Positions 22,498-37,400 of a stretch of 64,000 nucleotides of DNA are shown piece by piece. Numbering within the stretch: position 1 is the stretch's first letter; every line of letters starts with the position of its first letter. This DNA is from Takakia lepidozioides (lineage: Eukaryota > Plantae > Bryophyta): NCBI GenBank assembly GCA_030704615.1, contig CM060733.1, positions 40,610,001 to 40,674,000 of the forward strand. Direction: 5' to 3'. The translations under genes and the position numbers were made by a program. The notes below the pieces were generated by a model, which saw nothing but the letters and a program-made list of their open reading frames with translations, made no database searches and was not told the DNA's origin.

Positions 22498-25400
22498 TCA
22501 GCAGGTGTGAATCCATTCCTGGAACCGTGCAACATATGACATTATAAGGCCCTCATGTGTGGCTGGATACTCCTCCATCTGAACACCACTTGGGCTTCGG
22601 TCATCTATTGATGTATTCATCTGCAGCATGATCACATCATGACAAATATCATCAGTTCAACATCTTGTCTGCCTATCACAAGGTGCTGTATCCAATGGGC
22701 CCTTCTCTGGCCCTCCATGGATGTAATACGTGATTTTTTCTTCCTGTTCATGTTATCAAGTTTTCTTTCTTTCACTGTGGGACCATTCCTTCCACAAAGG
22801 CTAGATCTACGGGTCGATATAATTTTGGCTATGCTCAAGAATATTCTCTAGCTGTAATTTATCTCTGCAATTTTTCCTGACCAACAATCACAGCCACCTG
22901 AGAGCTGTGATGAAAGGCCACACTCCTCCCTGCTTGCCCCAATTTCCTGTATGTGCCCCGAACAACCTCGGGCTTCTAACAGCTGTAGGTTTCTCTTGCC
23001 ATCACTTCAGCTTGCAGCTGAACAAGCGAATGCATGTTGTTGTGGGGGCCATGTCAGCACAGCAGAACAGGGGCACAACTATTCCCCTGGCAAGGCTGTC
23101 CAAGGCCCATGAAATGGATGCGACAGATAGGGAGCTGGCCTTGTGAGTGAATCTGTGAGGAATGTCCAATTTTGAGAAAGATACATGTTGGCTTAGGGAG
23201 CTAGAGAAGTGTACAGGATTTATCACCACCTGGACAAATGGATATTGCAAAAGCTCAAGAGTAGAAAAGGTCTTCAATGGACAAGCAGGACAACATTCTC
23301 TCTCATCCCTGCCAGTCTCTCATGTCTTATACCAACATTTTCATTAGAATGGTGCCTGAGTCAAGGAACTTACTTGAACAAACATAGGTCGAGGTTTTTT
23401 CTTGGAAAGTACAACTCTTCGAAGTGTGAGTAATGTGGCTGGAACCTTGGTCAGCTAGACACACCCAAATAGAAATGCACCAACATGGAGTTAGACCCGC
23501 GCATTGTAGCAGCCACAAGCTCTTGATCCTGAAATCAAATGAGAACATAAATTACAGTGCAAGGATAAGACCGCCAATCTATGGCACAGTCCTGACCATG
23601 GAGTTAGACCTCTGCATCATTGTAATCACATAAGTTTGGGGATCTTAACTGTCGTCTGGTGATACCCCACCACAAACCATGCATTTAAGTAACATGCTAC
23701 TACACCTGACACGAACATCATCTTCACATTTTTGTAGTGTTGATCTTAAGATCAAAGCTCCCACTTCCCTTCAAATGAGAAGAGCATGCTCACTTCCCTA
23801 GAATTTGTACTAGAGATGCTATTTACTGACTTCAAGGTTGAGATGCATTTCAGATATGTGGAGTTAATATACACATGGTTCCTAAGCTGACAGTGAAATG
23901 CTTTCCATGAGAGTGTACTTATAAGTCAAATAATGGTTATGAGCTTGGATAATGCGTTGTTGATTGAGCAGATGCCATTGAACACTCTGCCCAGAACCGA
24001 CAGCACTATCTTGTGAACAAGCTATGACTAAAGATGACCATTCTGCCTATAAAATGATACTTTAGCTTTGTGACCCACTCTTCCAATCTCATGATTTCTC
24101 TGGCATTCAGTTCCAGAGATTGTTCAGAGTTTCAACTGCAAGCCGTTGCTATTAGCAAACCACCTACGATACATAACACTCCACAACAACCTCAACTCTC
24201 AACGATTCTAAGCAAAAAAAGTTATACAGCTGTCCAACGACGACTACTGTTATTGCCACAGACCAAGGGACAACTACTTTGAGCCCGGGGATCGACACTG
24301 CCCTGAATCAAAATACTTTCTCTCAGCAGATTGGACTTACCTTCCAAAGTGACTCCTGACTCAGACATACAAAACAACCGAAATTCACAAGTACCTCTCT
24401 AGCTATTTGGATAGAAAAACAAAGAAAATGACAAGAGGGACGCAGAAAGGAAGTCTGTTGGTGGTTCCCTACATCCGGTCAAAAACCCAATCACATTCAT
24501 AAACATGATACTGGACTCTTCAATCTCATTGTAACTTCTTCACACTCCAGTTGCTCAACCCCACTTTACCCTGCAATAGAGGATTAGTACCACTACAATG
24601 TTCAAGCATTTGAATGTAGTGACTCGCGGAAAATTTACATGCAAAAAAACATCAAAGAGAGAGGGACTGACAACAAGAAGTATCACTACTTCAGTGTTTT
24701 TTACCTCGTCAAACAAAGCCTTTGCACTTGGAAGATCTGCTGTGGACCTGTAGACTTGCAGACGCCTGAGAAACTGTGAAATAGCTGGCACACCTACTGT
24801 TTGAATCTTGTTTCTCTCCAATGACACCAGAATGTCATCAGATCCAATACTCTGGATTTGAACTAAAGGTTTCGTTTGCAACTCTTGAGAAGGAGCAGAG
24901 GTTGACCCTTGCTCCATTTCAGGCATCGATGCTGCTAAAAGCACTCGAAGAATTACAAATCTGGCCTGCAATTCATGGACAACAGGATGAGAAGATTCTG
25001 GGATTTTAAACTATATATACTCAGAACTGTTCTAAAAGTCTAAAATTAGATTGCTATGGCTGCACATGAGGGATTACTACTGTGTGAGCCAGAAGCATAG
25101 TTTGCAATCCATGAAACTATCATATGTATTACCTGTTGACTTTTCCTTAACAACCACAGAGAGGACAGAATGTAGGACCTGCATGTGTGCCTGGTGCCAC
25201 TGACATGTGTCTGGAGAGAAGAACTCCAGCGCAAGTAGTCCTGCCCTAACCTGGTTCACAGAGCACATTTCCTTTATCAACACCATTCCCACATTGTCCA
25301 GGGTTATTCAACTAGAACGTCGTGCACAGGTAAGTGTCGCATTGAAAAGAGAAACATGCAAACATATACACAAAATAAGACAGAGGACACATGCCAAGAG

Positions 25401-28400
25401 TGCTAACCTGCCCTCCATCAAGGAGCCTCTATGCTAAGCAAAATTGCACATTGTGTTGGTTGTAAGGTCAGACTGGGGATGCTGAACTTCTACGCAAAAG
25501 GAAAGCAAAAATTGAAATCTTTTCATACTGCAGGAGAAAATACTGTGCTTTTTTGAACATCTATGGACAATATCGAGTTCCTTTCTTTCTTTAGGTATGT
25601 ATGAGTCTGTCAAAGACTCTGGCATTGCCACAGTCCAAGTGGCAAGGGAGTTCTCAGCACTATAGGGGTGAAGCAGGGTGCCCCCGCTATCTTTACTGAC
25701 TCGGTTGCCTTCGGAAGGGGAGCCAACACCATCAATACTTCTTTATGTTATCCTATTGGCACATCCACCTGTCTTCCTCATTCAACAAACAAGAGATTGA
25801 TATAGACAGGAAGTGGTTATTTCCGCATTAAAAAAATATTTGCAGCTATGGCTATGCCAGATGCTACCTCTACACATGTGAGGCAAATCCAAAAACCAGT
25901 TGGTATGCCTAGGTCTCCAATTTCATTTAAGTTACACGTTCTGTCCATTTTGTGCCTACCGCAACGAAGTACAAAGCCCTGGAAATTTCTTCCATCCCGA
26001 CCGCAACAAGTCTCTAAGACAGAAGCTGAATGTTAAGTGAGCCCAGAAACCACAGAATCTTAGAAAACAGCTGGAGTTCCATCATGATATCTTCCTGGTC
26101 GTCCGTGATGATAGAATCTTACAGCCTAATTACTGGTCTGCGACGCTATCTCCATCTCTTCTACAGGCATTAGGGAACCTTGTTAAGGTGCCTCCTCTCT
26201 TGTGTATCCTGCCTTCTTAGGCCCATACGCTCTTCGCACTTCCCATAGATGTTATAAACTTTCTTTATTGTTTTTAGGCTCTCTTTCTTGTTTCATGCTT
26301 TCCTTGTCCCATAGGCTCTTTGAGCTTCCCATGGACATTATAGAGTATCATTTCATTTCATTTCTCCAGAGCAAAGAATCACCCCTGAAAATGCCTGTAG
26401 CATGTAAAAGTGGCCCAAAACATAGCTAATCGAGTCATTCCATGCCGCGGCTCGGTATATACGGAGCCCCTACTATTAACGTATCATGTAACGTCTTTCT
26501 CTCATTGATGCACTGTGTTACAATGTCTGCTGACTGTGTCTTGTACTGGTGAAAAGCACGGCTTACCATGAGGAGCCAGTTGATGTACATAACATTTTCT
26601 GCTTGATCACCTGAATGGCCAAAGATTTCCAAAACCTGCAAAGCCATTACTCTTAAATACGGAAGTATAGCTGGAACATAGTATTTCAGAGACAAGGTTC
26701 GTATTGATAGCAAATTTAAGCACTTCCCAGGTCTAAAACTGGATCAAATCCTTAGCCTGAATTACTCTACTTGCTTCATAACTAGGTTTCACATACTATG
26801 TAGTTGTCACACACGAGCGCCAGACAGGAGGAAGGAATAACGTTGAAGATATGTGAGGAAGGTCCAGCACCTCCACATCACCAGCATATACAACACTCAC
26901 AAGAGGATTTGCAGAGAGATAGATGCCAACACACTCAGCCCGGCATTCTTCCAACGTTGAACTGAGTTCCCCAAATACGGAGTCCCAGGTCTGGCCTGGT
27001 GTATAGCATGTCGCCACTGCCTCTTTGGTGAACGGGTGCATAACCTAATCATGGATAACATTTTTATATGTATATCCATACCAACAGTCAGGCATACAAG
27101 CATGCTAGAAAACAAACTGTTAAGGATGGCACTTCACATTAAGCATGAGTGAGGAGCTTCTAATCATCGACTCCTACCAGCTGATTGCAATAACAGGCAG
27201 GAGAGCCCACTGTGGGAGCTGGACTAAGATAGCTACTTCAGAGTACAAATTACCAATTCTGTAGAACCCAAAAAGAATGTACAGACTAAGTAGTCAAGAG
27301 GCCTTACTTTGCCATAGTCATAGTTGTAAGTACCATCTTTGCCACGCATGAAAAGCTTCCCTGATCCATGGCCGAGAAGTTCATGGCAGCTGATTTGGAT
27401 ATCAAAGGCCTCTCCCTTCAGGTCCCTGAACAGTGCTTGGTCATCCTCAGACAAAAAGGATATCTATGTCAACCAAACCCAACAATGTACAGGAGTAAGT
27501 GATACAACTCTTGACGCGATAGGGTAGCGTAACAAATGCGCGACATTGTCCAGCAAAGTCACAAACACATGGTCAGTACAAAGGAGAAGAAAAAGTTTGA
27601 TATATCCAAGGGAGGCCCAGAGAGCCCACGGTACACTAAGAACAATAGACACCAAGCAACGGATCAAAAAACAAACACATGGAGTTCCTCATGTAAGTGG
27701 AGAGCAAAACTTGACACCACAGGTCAATGCACAAATGCATCATGCTAACTAAAAAAGTCAGAACAATCTGCTTAGTGAGAAGTAGACAAAATTTGTTATG
27801 TTTAAGGGAGGTCCAGATGGCCCCTGGGACATAGAGAACAACAGCAGATACCAATAAACACATTGCATGAAAAAAAAGTGCCCTATGTAGGAACAGAAAC
27901 GAAATGAAATGGTACTTCATAACATCCGCAGAAAGCTCATAGAGCTTATAGGACAAAATGGAAACAAATATGAGAGGAAACAAAACCAGAGCCAAAAGTA
28001 AAACTATTGCTCGAGGGATGGTCTAAGGGTCAAGGCCTTGTGCAGGTAAGCTGCCAAGCATTTCTGATCCTCGTAGTGGAAGACTTCAGTGAGAGATTGA
28101 GTCCGCGGAATAGACAGTGGAATCTCCCACGGATCTCCTAGTATAGAGGGCAATAGAAGAAGAAGTGTTCTTCAGTTTCAAGTTCCCGGTTGCACCCTGT
28201 GCAAGCTGGACATAGGCGGTCCTCCCTGTTGCAGGTTTTCCCATCTGCCAGTCTCTATCTGTAGATTGTGGGAGGCCACCCTGAACCGCCCCAATGCCCT
28301 CAGGAGGGAAGGAGATAAAGGTGCCGAGGTAATTGAGCAGCAAGATTCTATCATCTCTGAGAACCAAGACTGTCTCTATAGAAATGGAGCTTTGTTGTGA

Positions 28401-31400
28401 GATTGCCACCCCTTCTGGATTATCTGGCAATAGTGAAGCAATAGAGAGTCCATTGTGCTAAAAAGAACTGTCAACTCGAGCATACCAGGAGTGCTTGAGA
28501 CCTGCAGTTTTGAGCCTAATAGAGGTTGCGAGGGCTCTTACCACGAGCCCCTTGGGTGGAAGGGCTTGTAACCTGTGAAGAAAGATTGTAAGCCGGAAGA
28601 GGGCCTCTGTTTGAAGTGGCACGCATGCGAACTCTGCACCTAGGATGCAAGTTTTCTTCTCGCACAATTTGTGCAAGTCGAACAATTGCTGCTTTGCCAT
28701 GATCCTGAGAATGATAGTTGCATTTACAACGTCTGCGGGAAGTTCGAACAGCTTATGGGACAAGGAATAAACGAAATCGTACTTCATGACATCTGCAGGA
28801 AGCTCAAAGAGCTTCTTGGAGAAGAGGAAATGAAATGACATGAAATGGTACTTTATAACGTCCGCGGAAAGATCAAAAAGCTTATGGGACACAATGGAAA
28901 AAACCAAGAGAGAGGAAACAAAACCAGGGCCAAAAAACAGCCCAAAAGCAACTACTGCTCAAGGGATTGTCTAAGGGTCAAGGGCTCATGGACTGAATCA
29001 AAAGCCTTTTGCAAGTCCACGAAATAGGCATATCGATCTACCGTAGTTTGATGAGTGAAAATATGCTATGCCGGAAACCAGCCTTTCAGTAGTGCGAAGC
29101 TGAAAAGCTTCTCCTACGTCATCAAGTTCCACCACGACTACCCCAAACAGCTTAGCTGAGAATAAAGAAACCATAATTGTGAGATTTGTCCACTCTGGGA
29201 AAGAAAGAAAGGAGAGAAAGAGACTTAAAGAAGAATGGAGAAAGAGACAGAAGAAAGAGTGCCTCAACAAGCAGCCCAGAAAATATTCAACAACAAGCGA
29301 TTCTCTAGGGTGGAGAGCCTCATGTACACCTATGGCTAAGCATGTCTAATTACTGAAAAACTTCAGTGAGTGTCCCAGGATACGTAATAGTATCAACCCC
29401 ACATTTCATAATACAAAGACAAAGTCTCTAGAAAGACGATTGTATAATCTTGTGATGTACAGGGCAGGAGAAAAACAGATGATGGTAACCTATCTGCCTG
29501 TCTTGATTGGGAGATTGTGTGCATTGACCATCAAAGTTCCAAAGCACTGGTTTGTGAGTTTGAAAGTGACAGACAAGTGGTAAGGCATGAGGGTTCCACT
29601 AACCTTGATGGTTATGAAAGCAACTTTGTAGACAGAACAAAACAGAAACTTTACAGATTAAGACCTCATAATTATCCATAAAGCTTGTGAGATTCAGAAT
29701 TGAACACCCTCTGTATACATTGATAAAGCAGAAAGAAATACCTTCTCAACCACCTCATTGGCGTCAAGCACATTCCCAAGTGATACGTTCTTGAAACCAT
29801 AGTTCTGAATAACATACCAAAACATGTGTTATTGTACAAGAACATGGATAAAGTGAGAACTGGATTTCCCCAATAGTTTCAGCCAAGTCTCACTGACATT
29901 CTTTTCCTATACTTAGACCATACCTCACTGGCATTCTCCACACTATTCTCTGCGATCTGCAGAATGGATCATCCCATTACATCCAAGAAAATGTTTGCCA
30001 AAGCGCCAGCACTACACAACCGCCAAAATCCAGCAGAGAAGACTCGTTTCAATACTTTGTCCAGGGCTGGTTCTCTTTCAGGAACTTGATTCCAAAGGAT
30101 GCAGACATTTGCAGTGAACCCTCCCTCTATTGGTCCTTTATAAGTTGCTGCTACATACTCCAATCTTCAGTTGGAGTCATCTGCCTTGGAAGAATGTTAC
30201 TTAACCCTACTTACTAGTAATCATAGGCTGGGTGGGCATGACCCACACCCTGCTCTCATGGTCCATATTATATTATTTTATATAAGCCCTACTACATTTG
30301 CTTACAAGTGGACTGAGTGTGGGTCCACTATTTGGTAGCTCAATTGGATAGAGCAGGAGTGATTTTGGGCTCAATCCTGCTACATGGTTGGGTATGGTAA
30401 GAACACATGCCTAACCAGATTCGTAAATCCCTTCGTTCTCTTCTCCTTTTGTCTCAAACAACATTGCAGTTGCTGTCTGCCTTATTTGCCTCTCATCGGA
30501 TGAACTGTTGCAAGTTATGAAGTTGACTAGGTGCAAGAAGATGCAAGAAGATGCAAGAAGACTTCCAATTTATGTCTGTTACCTGGCGGACATCTTCATA
30601 GTTGGGTACATTGATGCCTACTGGAATGCTACTATTAGCAAATGCTAGAACCTGCAAACACAAGGACCACCGCCCACAAGAGCAATCCATTAATATAAAG
30701 CTTAAACTATACAAAACAGGAGGTCCAGCACAGGGATTACACGCACAGGATACTCAGCCAACATTTACCATCAACTTAATCAACAACTTAACCAATCTAC
30801 ATGGAGGTTCCCGGTTTTGTGCAAACATGCGTCACACTCTGAATTCCCATATGATTCTTTGTGAAAAGTTCCCCTCAAAACTACACAGGTGTGAAGAGTT
30901 TCTTGCAAAGACCCATACATGAGTTATAACTACAGATCACAATACCATGTTACCTAGATGAACCTCAGAACTAGATTATTTGCAATGACTCCGGAAGTGT
31001 AAATCTACTGACAAAAAAACGAAGTTTTAGTAGAAGGAAAAGGCCTTACATCGATCGACGTGAACTCTGGTTTGTGGAACACATCCTTCTCAAATTCTTT
31101 CGGCCATGGCAATGTTAGCAGTAACTGCTCTGAAGCATCGACAAGTGCTGCAAACCTTGAGCTTTTTTCCTGCGGCAAGCATTAATTGAAGTTAGTTGTA
31201 TGCATCTACACAACACGTACTGAAGTCCTTCTGCGTTGGAAAGGGCTCTACTGTAAGCAGGGAGTTTGTCTCATCGGCTGTTGTGAATGGAGTCAAAGAG
31301 GGAGATCAAAAGCAGAGAGGCTCTAGAGATGAACAGTACAGAAAGATTTGGGGCATACAATATGCATGATAGAACAACAGCTTGCAGTCTGCTACTACCT

Positions 31401-34400
31401 TGTTCACAACAGCCAAAAACCCTTCGAATTCTGCACGGATACCCATGGGGTCTCGATATGTCTCAATGAACCTGCCGAACAAAAGGCAGAAATTGTGAGG
31501 ACGCTTCCACCAATAAGTCACATTTCCAAACAGTACAACGACTAAGTTGAACAGCCTACGGCAACCAGCTATTCCCTTCAAAAGCACTCATCAATCTCCA
31601 CCAAGGTCAACCTTGCCAACTGACTTATTGGCAATTTTTCTAGCCCTTCATCAAAGTCTTGTTATGATTCTCCAAAGGGTCTGTCATTGGTTATAAAGCA
31701 TAGACATGCAGCTCAAGGAGAGATAGGAGTAACATACCCAATATTTTCCTCGAGAAGCCCACCCTTATAGCTAAGCCAATGCCTTTGAGCTTGCTTGTGA
31801 GCCTCAATTGAACCAGTCTCAAAGTACTTTATGTACCTGGATAATTTGGAACTTGCCAAGGTCAGATCATTCAACAGTGTTTTTGACCGAAAGTATTCTG
31901 GACCTACTGAAGATATTCAGGCTTCCAGGTTTAGAACTGCTTTTCCCCAAATTATGGTTGAAATCAGAAAACTTAATTTACAGCCTGAAAAAATGACAGT
32001 TAGTCAATAAGGGGCAATTTCAATATATGTCAGAGCTTTAAGCACTATCTATGTTGTGTTTTATCTGTACTGTCCTCCACCAGTAGCCTGAATAAGCATT
32101 TACATGACCAACAACTTTCCACACAGCTCGACATCATCACAAACATGCTACAAGGGTTAAGAGCATGCACCAGCGAGAGAACAACACCACTGCAAAAGCA
32201 ACGCCTCAAATTCAGGTCCAAACTACCATTCTCTAGTGTGCAAGTGACAGCTGAACCATGCACCGTAGCCTCTAGACAAGCAGGCGTGTCTGCTGGGCTT
32301 GCTAATGGGTGGCAGAAGTTCAAAAACTCTGTGCTTACAATTTGCCGAGTAAAGCTGATATGAGTCTTAAAAAATCACAGCATGAAGGTTTGGCACATAC
32401 TCTAGGAGCATCGCTTTCTGGTGTTCATTGCTACAAAAAGCAATGGCATCTCTAAGGTGGTGAACCGCCTCTGCAAGGTCCTCTTGATAATCCCCATACA
32501 CAATGTGGATTATACACTTATCCTGGACAAATCAATTTACAAAGCATCAACCTGACCATTGTTTCCTCTTGATAAACATTATACACGACATGGATCATAC
32601 ACTTGTCCTGGAAAAATCATTTTACAAAGTATCAACTGGACCATTCACTTCCTTACTCTTTGTTGGCCAGATACTTTTTTAGCACCTCCACACCAACGTC
32701 AATCCCCAGTTGTCTCACACTTACTCGCGACTAATGGAGTACGCACTTAACATCTAATACCGTTCAACTACAGGTGATAACCCCACCAACCTCATGCTTG
32801 TATGATCCTGGCTCTAGTCTGGTAGCCATAGTAATTGTGGAAGAGTCAATGGATCCTACGCCCACCTTATTAATTAAGATCTCTTCAATGATCAACAGGG
32901 TGTAAAGCAGCTAGGATTCTGCAATATCTCTATGATTTACAACTGAAACCTCAAATCTGTACCAGTGGCACATCACTCGAGTTGGTTCATATATTTGATC
33001 AATTGGATGTTTAGACTGATCTCAAATACAAAGATACATATACCAACTCAGTACCTTGTACTGGTGTCTCTCTGTTGGTAGCTTTAAGGAGGAGGCTATG
33101 AGCAACTCAAACTCAGGAAGCTTTTCCTCATTTTTAGCTCCTTTCACTGTCTCCTGCCGCCAAAGCCTTGTGTTCCAGGCTTCCATCCCCTGTTGAGCCA
33201 TCCACTCCTGTTTTGCAAGAGTCAACAATTGTGTCCCCTCTCATGAAGGAAAATTCTTATCCAATCAAATTTGCTTTCATTTACAAACTTAGGGTTTAGG
33301 ATTTAGATACATTGCAACTAGCTCCAAAACTGTCAGCCAAGAATCATTGACCACAAGCAAACACTGCTTATTAATATGGACGGAGTCCAAGAACAATCAA
33401 CAGGAGTACACAAGGTCATTGAGGATAAATGATTTCAGACCTGCAACAAAGTACTATCTCCGTGCACTATGGAGGACTTTGAGGCTCTGACATCATGGTG
33501 CCATGGTGTGAAAAACTATGAGCACTAGGGTTCAGAGGTGACCTGTTCCCACTCTGCCACAACAATCGTGCTACAGCACGACTACCACAAATCAGTCAAA
33601 TTTGTGATCTAAGATCTACCTACTGTCCTTCCGTGGGGGCTTACTGTTCTCTGTATCATTATAAACCCATCCACAAGAACTACGGTAGGGTGAAGTGTCT
33701 TAACATTCAACATGCCAGCTAAACACGTCCACTCAAGACGATCAAACGAACATAATGATTTGGTTATGGAAACTAATCCTCTCCTACCGTCGGCATGAAA
33801 TGGCATATATCTCAAGCTGTAGGCAGATTCATAGTTGACTACTGGAAGTATGGAGCTTCGCCCTCCTCACATTTCCTCAGTTGACTGCAAATATGAACAA
33901 GATAACCCACATCTCCACGGGCTCCATAAAGATGACATTCTAGACCCTCCGTCACCAGAAAGATTTCTTGAATTCTGCAACAATCAGTTGTTATTCTCTC
34001 CTACCAGTATGGCCTCGTTCTTCCATGGTGCTCTTACCTCACATAGTGGAAAAAAAACATTTGGAACGAGAGGAAAAACTGAGAAAATCTCTGGGTTATG
34101 GCTATTTCACCAGCCGGATAGCAAGATGGAAACTTTGTGCATCGTCCTATCCTAAATGGGAAACGAGATGGAAAACGTTAAGTATATAACACTTCCAAGG
34201 AGCTTCAAACACCAGAGAAATCCAAATATTAATGTCCTACGTATAAGGAGATTTCCGCCTTACCAATGGTTGACAAAGGAGGCCAACTCAGCTGTCTCAG
34301 AACAAATTTCATGTCTGACCCACGGCCAGAAAAATCAATGGAATATCTTCAACATTTCATTGACGTTCACCGAGTCCTTGGCAGGCTTGCAAAGTACTAA

Positions 34401-37400
34401 AAGAAGGGATAAACCTGGCATAGAGACCATGCAAAATCCATCGTCAATTTAATCACTAACATTAAATTTCTTGAAGAATCAGGCTGAAAAACCTACCAAG
34501 ATGTTTCTAAGGTCTATAGCTCAAACTTCGACTCACCAATCAACCTCTTTTGCTAACTAGAGTCACAGCAGTGTCACATACCTATGGGGGATAATTATAC
34601 CCAATGTCAGGACTGCGGACAATTTACACAGATTTGCACTCTAGCTCCTTCCTTCATGATCTAATACCAGATAATGCAGGATGCTAGGTGGGTGACAAAA
34701 TGACTGAGCTCCCTCCTACTTAATAACAGCAGTTTCGAGTTAATGTGCTTTCTTGCCAAGGAGATAGCTGAAGAGTCAATTGAGAAAACTAAACAGCTCC
34801 TCCAGGTCTTCTAGCCCATCTTGACTTCAAACTTGTAAGCTAGTTGGATACAGACATTACCCGTACTTAACCCTGTTGACATGGAATCGTCTAGATAACT
34901 TTACTCGCATTTATTGGCAAATTAATTGCTCCAGCATAAGAGACAGATTTGAAACCTTAATATGATCTTAGACAAATCCAATTAGGGTTCAAATAGGATC
35001 CTGGAGGCAGGAATAGACTTAGAAAACCATTTGAAACTCTTGTGCCACAAATATCTAGCTGTGGCGAAATTCTGCTTCCTGTTTCCGATACCATGGAAAG
35101 GGATCCATGTAACAGAGTTTTGTACAGTCCCTACCAAACGCCCATGACTATAATCAACTGACAGATAGACAACTTGGCTGACAGACCTGTCACCAGGAGC
35201 AGTTGCAGTACAGTCAATTTGGTAAGCAATGGCTACAATCTACAAGAGCTTGAAGCTGGAAGTGCACTGCTGTGCAGAACCTCAGCTGTCCACTGATCGT
35301 AATCCCCATAAGAGCTCTTTTAAAAGTGCGATTATATTTAAACTGCAACCTGTACTTCTGATAGTAGTCATTTACAAGGGGGGTTTGACATCTGATGGTA
35401 GTTCACAGGTCCAAACTCTCATATGACGTGTAAATGATAATATAAGATGCCATAGAGAACAACTGGCGGTATGATGTTTGAACTATAACTAGAAACTTAA
35501 TCAGACTAAGTACAGGGGGCCCTAAGTAAGTTGTTGACATAATCTGGAGCAGTGAATCAAACTTGGATGTTTCTCTCTGCTCCTCAATTGCTGGATCAAA
35601 ATGAATAATTGTGAAATTCATATACATAAGAAGACATTCTCATGTAGAGTATATCAAACCCCCACCCAGCCAGCTAACTTGGTGAATAACGCTCAGGAAT
35701 ACCTGAACAAGTTTAATGTCTTCTCTCGTGATATTTTTGGAGTAATACATGGAACAACCGTTTGGGGGAATCCCCAGTTGTCGCTCGCCTGAAATATGGC
35801 ACGAGGACTTGTGATCAGATCAAACCTGGCATGTAAACCTGCCAGCAGCGGTAAGTCATACATTGATAAACTTATCCAAAGCATGTGACTTATCACATGC
35901 TTGGACTTATCAATACATTTGACGAGTCATCTACTTTACTTATAATATGATAAATAATATGATATAAGAGAGGGAGACAGGACCTTACTTGGACTGAGGG
36001 AGTAGATTCTTCGTCGATTGCTCTCCCATAACTCTAGTAGTCTTTGCCTCCTTTCACCCTGTATTAAAGCACCGGGTCAACTTGAGCACAATTGTCTACA
36101 AGAGGATCCAGTTGCTTATAAGCACAAATGGCACTAGAATTTATCAAGATTATGTCACATTGTATAATAGGTAATAAGTGTCAGAGCTCAGCTTGGTCCC
36201 ACCAAAGCCTGCAACAGGTGTCTAGACATACAATTGGACTAGTTAAGGATTTATCCAAGGACTCAGCAAGTTTCTTCATTCCACATCATGTTATAAGAAC
36301 TGGATTAGAACCGGAAGTTTAAGTACTAGTAGACTGATATGAGGACCAGAATTATTGCACATACAATCACACTTTACATGATGGTCCAAGAACAATCTTA
36401 CCTGAAGAGGACACAGTTTGATAATCATATTCAAATTTTCCTCCCTAAGTCCTGGAACGAACTTGGTATCACCAAAAGCAAGGTAGTTTCCTGTAAAGCA
36501 AAACATTCTGGACACGAGGATCAAAAATTGGTTATAGATAACTATATCTAGAGGTGGTATCTTCCTGGTTCCCAGGCTAGTGCAACAAGGTCTGGAAACT
36601 ACCAAATACTGTAACATGTAGACCACATGATGGTTTGTACTAATCCCGGGTTAATGCTTATATGACTTCACAAGTCCAAATTATCGTCATTATACCTATG
36701 AAGGATTACTTGCTTCCAAAGAGATTTCAAATGTCGTTGAAAAGAAATTTTCATGATCTATGAAGCTGGACTCACGAGTTTACAGACTTTGGCTGCTGAA
36801 TTAGAGGTCTCTAAACAGATCTCAAAAATTTCATGTAGACGACAGCCACAAGGCAGCATCTTCGTAGTTATCACACACATAAATAATACTGCGTCATAGT
36901 GATCCTTGGAAACTAACTTTTGCCAGGACTTTCGAAGTCCTACCCATGTTTGAGAGAAAGCATGCAGCATAAGCTACGAAATACTTCCATTGCCGCTCAG
37001 TGATTTCCGCAGCTAAACATCTTTCTTTGAACTTTGCCATGGGCTCTAGACCAGAGAAAACCAGCAGCAAAATTCTTAGAATCGCTGGAGCTTCCTGCAC
37101 GTGCACAGAACATAGACAAATGATCATAATACAGCTACAACTATCACATCTGATAGTCCACAGGGTGTTTGAGCAACAAGTGTACCTTAAGACCTAAAAC
37201 ATAAAACAGCATGCATGTCCAGCCTCCATGCTTTTCTGTTAGTCCATTACAGTCTCAGAAGTCCCTGAGAACTGTGGCAAGATGATGAAAAATATCAACT
37301 TAAGCGACTCTAACTATGCAGCTGAGAATACATATTTGGAAGCACGTGGGATTCCAGAGTACAGGCCCTATTTAAACCTCGATCCTGTATTGCAAGATGG

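Noticed and set aside
30333-30385. tRNA gene (TAGCTCAATTGGATAGAGC...GGCTCAATCC)
   Set aside because: Too short, no anticodon arm, degenerate B box; at most a tRNA/SINE remnant.
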